From Octopus sinensis (Eukaryota), in NCBI RefSeq assembly GCF_006345805.1, contig NC_043001.1:135160001-135224000 (forward strand): DNA of 64,000 bases. The letters run 5' to 3'. This document shows, piece by piece, positions 63,634 to 64,000 of the stretch. Made by a program: the position numbers and the translations under genes. How positions within the stretch are numbered: position 1 is the stretch's first letter; each line of letters begins with the position of its first letter. The notes beneath the pieces are model-generated. The model saw only the letters and a program-made list of their open reading frames with translations. It was not told where the DNA came from and did no database searches.

Positions 63634-64000
63634 CATGCATTCATTCATTCACATGTATGTACATATACATACACATACAAACATGCACATGTATACACAC
63701 ACACACATGTAAACCCATATTTGCACTCACGTACTCACACGTGCACACAGATGTTTATAGACGCTGCCACCGACGACATCCACAAAGGAAACATTCAGAA
63801 GTGAAATGGAAGAAAGTAAGGAGTTAAGTGGAATGTTTTTTCACAGGGGGATACAGAAAATATAATTTTAGGGGAAAACATCAGAGAATGATGGATAAGG
63901 TGTTATAAGGTTGAAATAGAGACGGCATGTAAAATGGCAAAGGAGTTTCACTGACAATAGAGGAATATTAATTATGCTTAGCAATGGAATAAATAATATG

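Overview
AT-rich eukaryotic DNA made almost entirely of repeats. No prokaryotic genes, rRNA or CRISPR are present. The tRNA-headed SINE families, (GAT)n-tailed SINEs and very high microsatellite load look like an octopus-type cephalopod genome (inference, not confirmed). Main contents: (1) an 11.3-kb tandem array of an 87-bp unit (~130 copies, 8364-19650) embedded in, and derived from, a SINE copy; (2) an apparently full-length ~6.1-kb L1-superfamily Tx1-clade LINE (56041-62180; ORF1 with CCHC knuckle, ORF2 APE-RT-Zn, many 1-bp frameshifts) in an (ATCT)n/(GATA)n array, with a second 3' piece of the same family in that array, and the whole nest bracketed by a TA-flanked pogo/Tigger-like inverted-repeat pair; (3) R4/Dong-type RLE LINE fragments and a non-autonomous element repeatedly adjoining (TAA)n; (4) at least five SINE families (my labels A-E), one of which ends in the Tx1 3' tail; (5) Tc1 and maT (DD37D) transposase relics, a Helitron/DINE-1-like element, piggyBac-like MITEs and two foldbacks; (6) several minimal hammerhead-ribozyme-like motifs in short elements, three of them between TA-rich microsatellites. 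No host gene is identifiable, only weak minus-strand exon candidates near 22.4-22.8 kb. Nearly all ORF-track entries are microsatellite, SINE or satellite artefacts.
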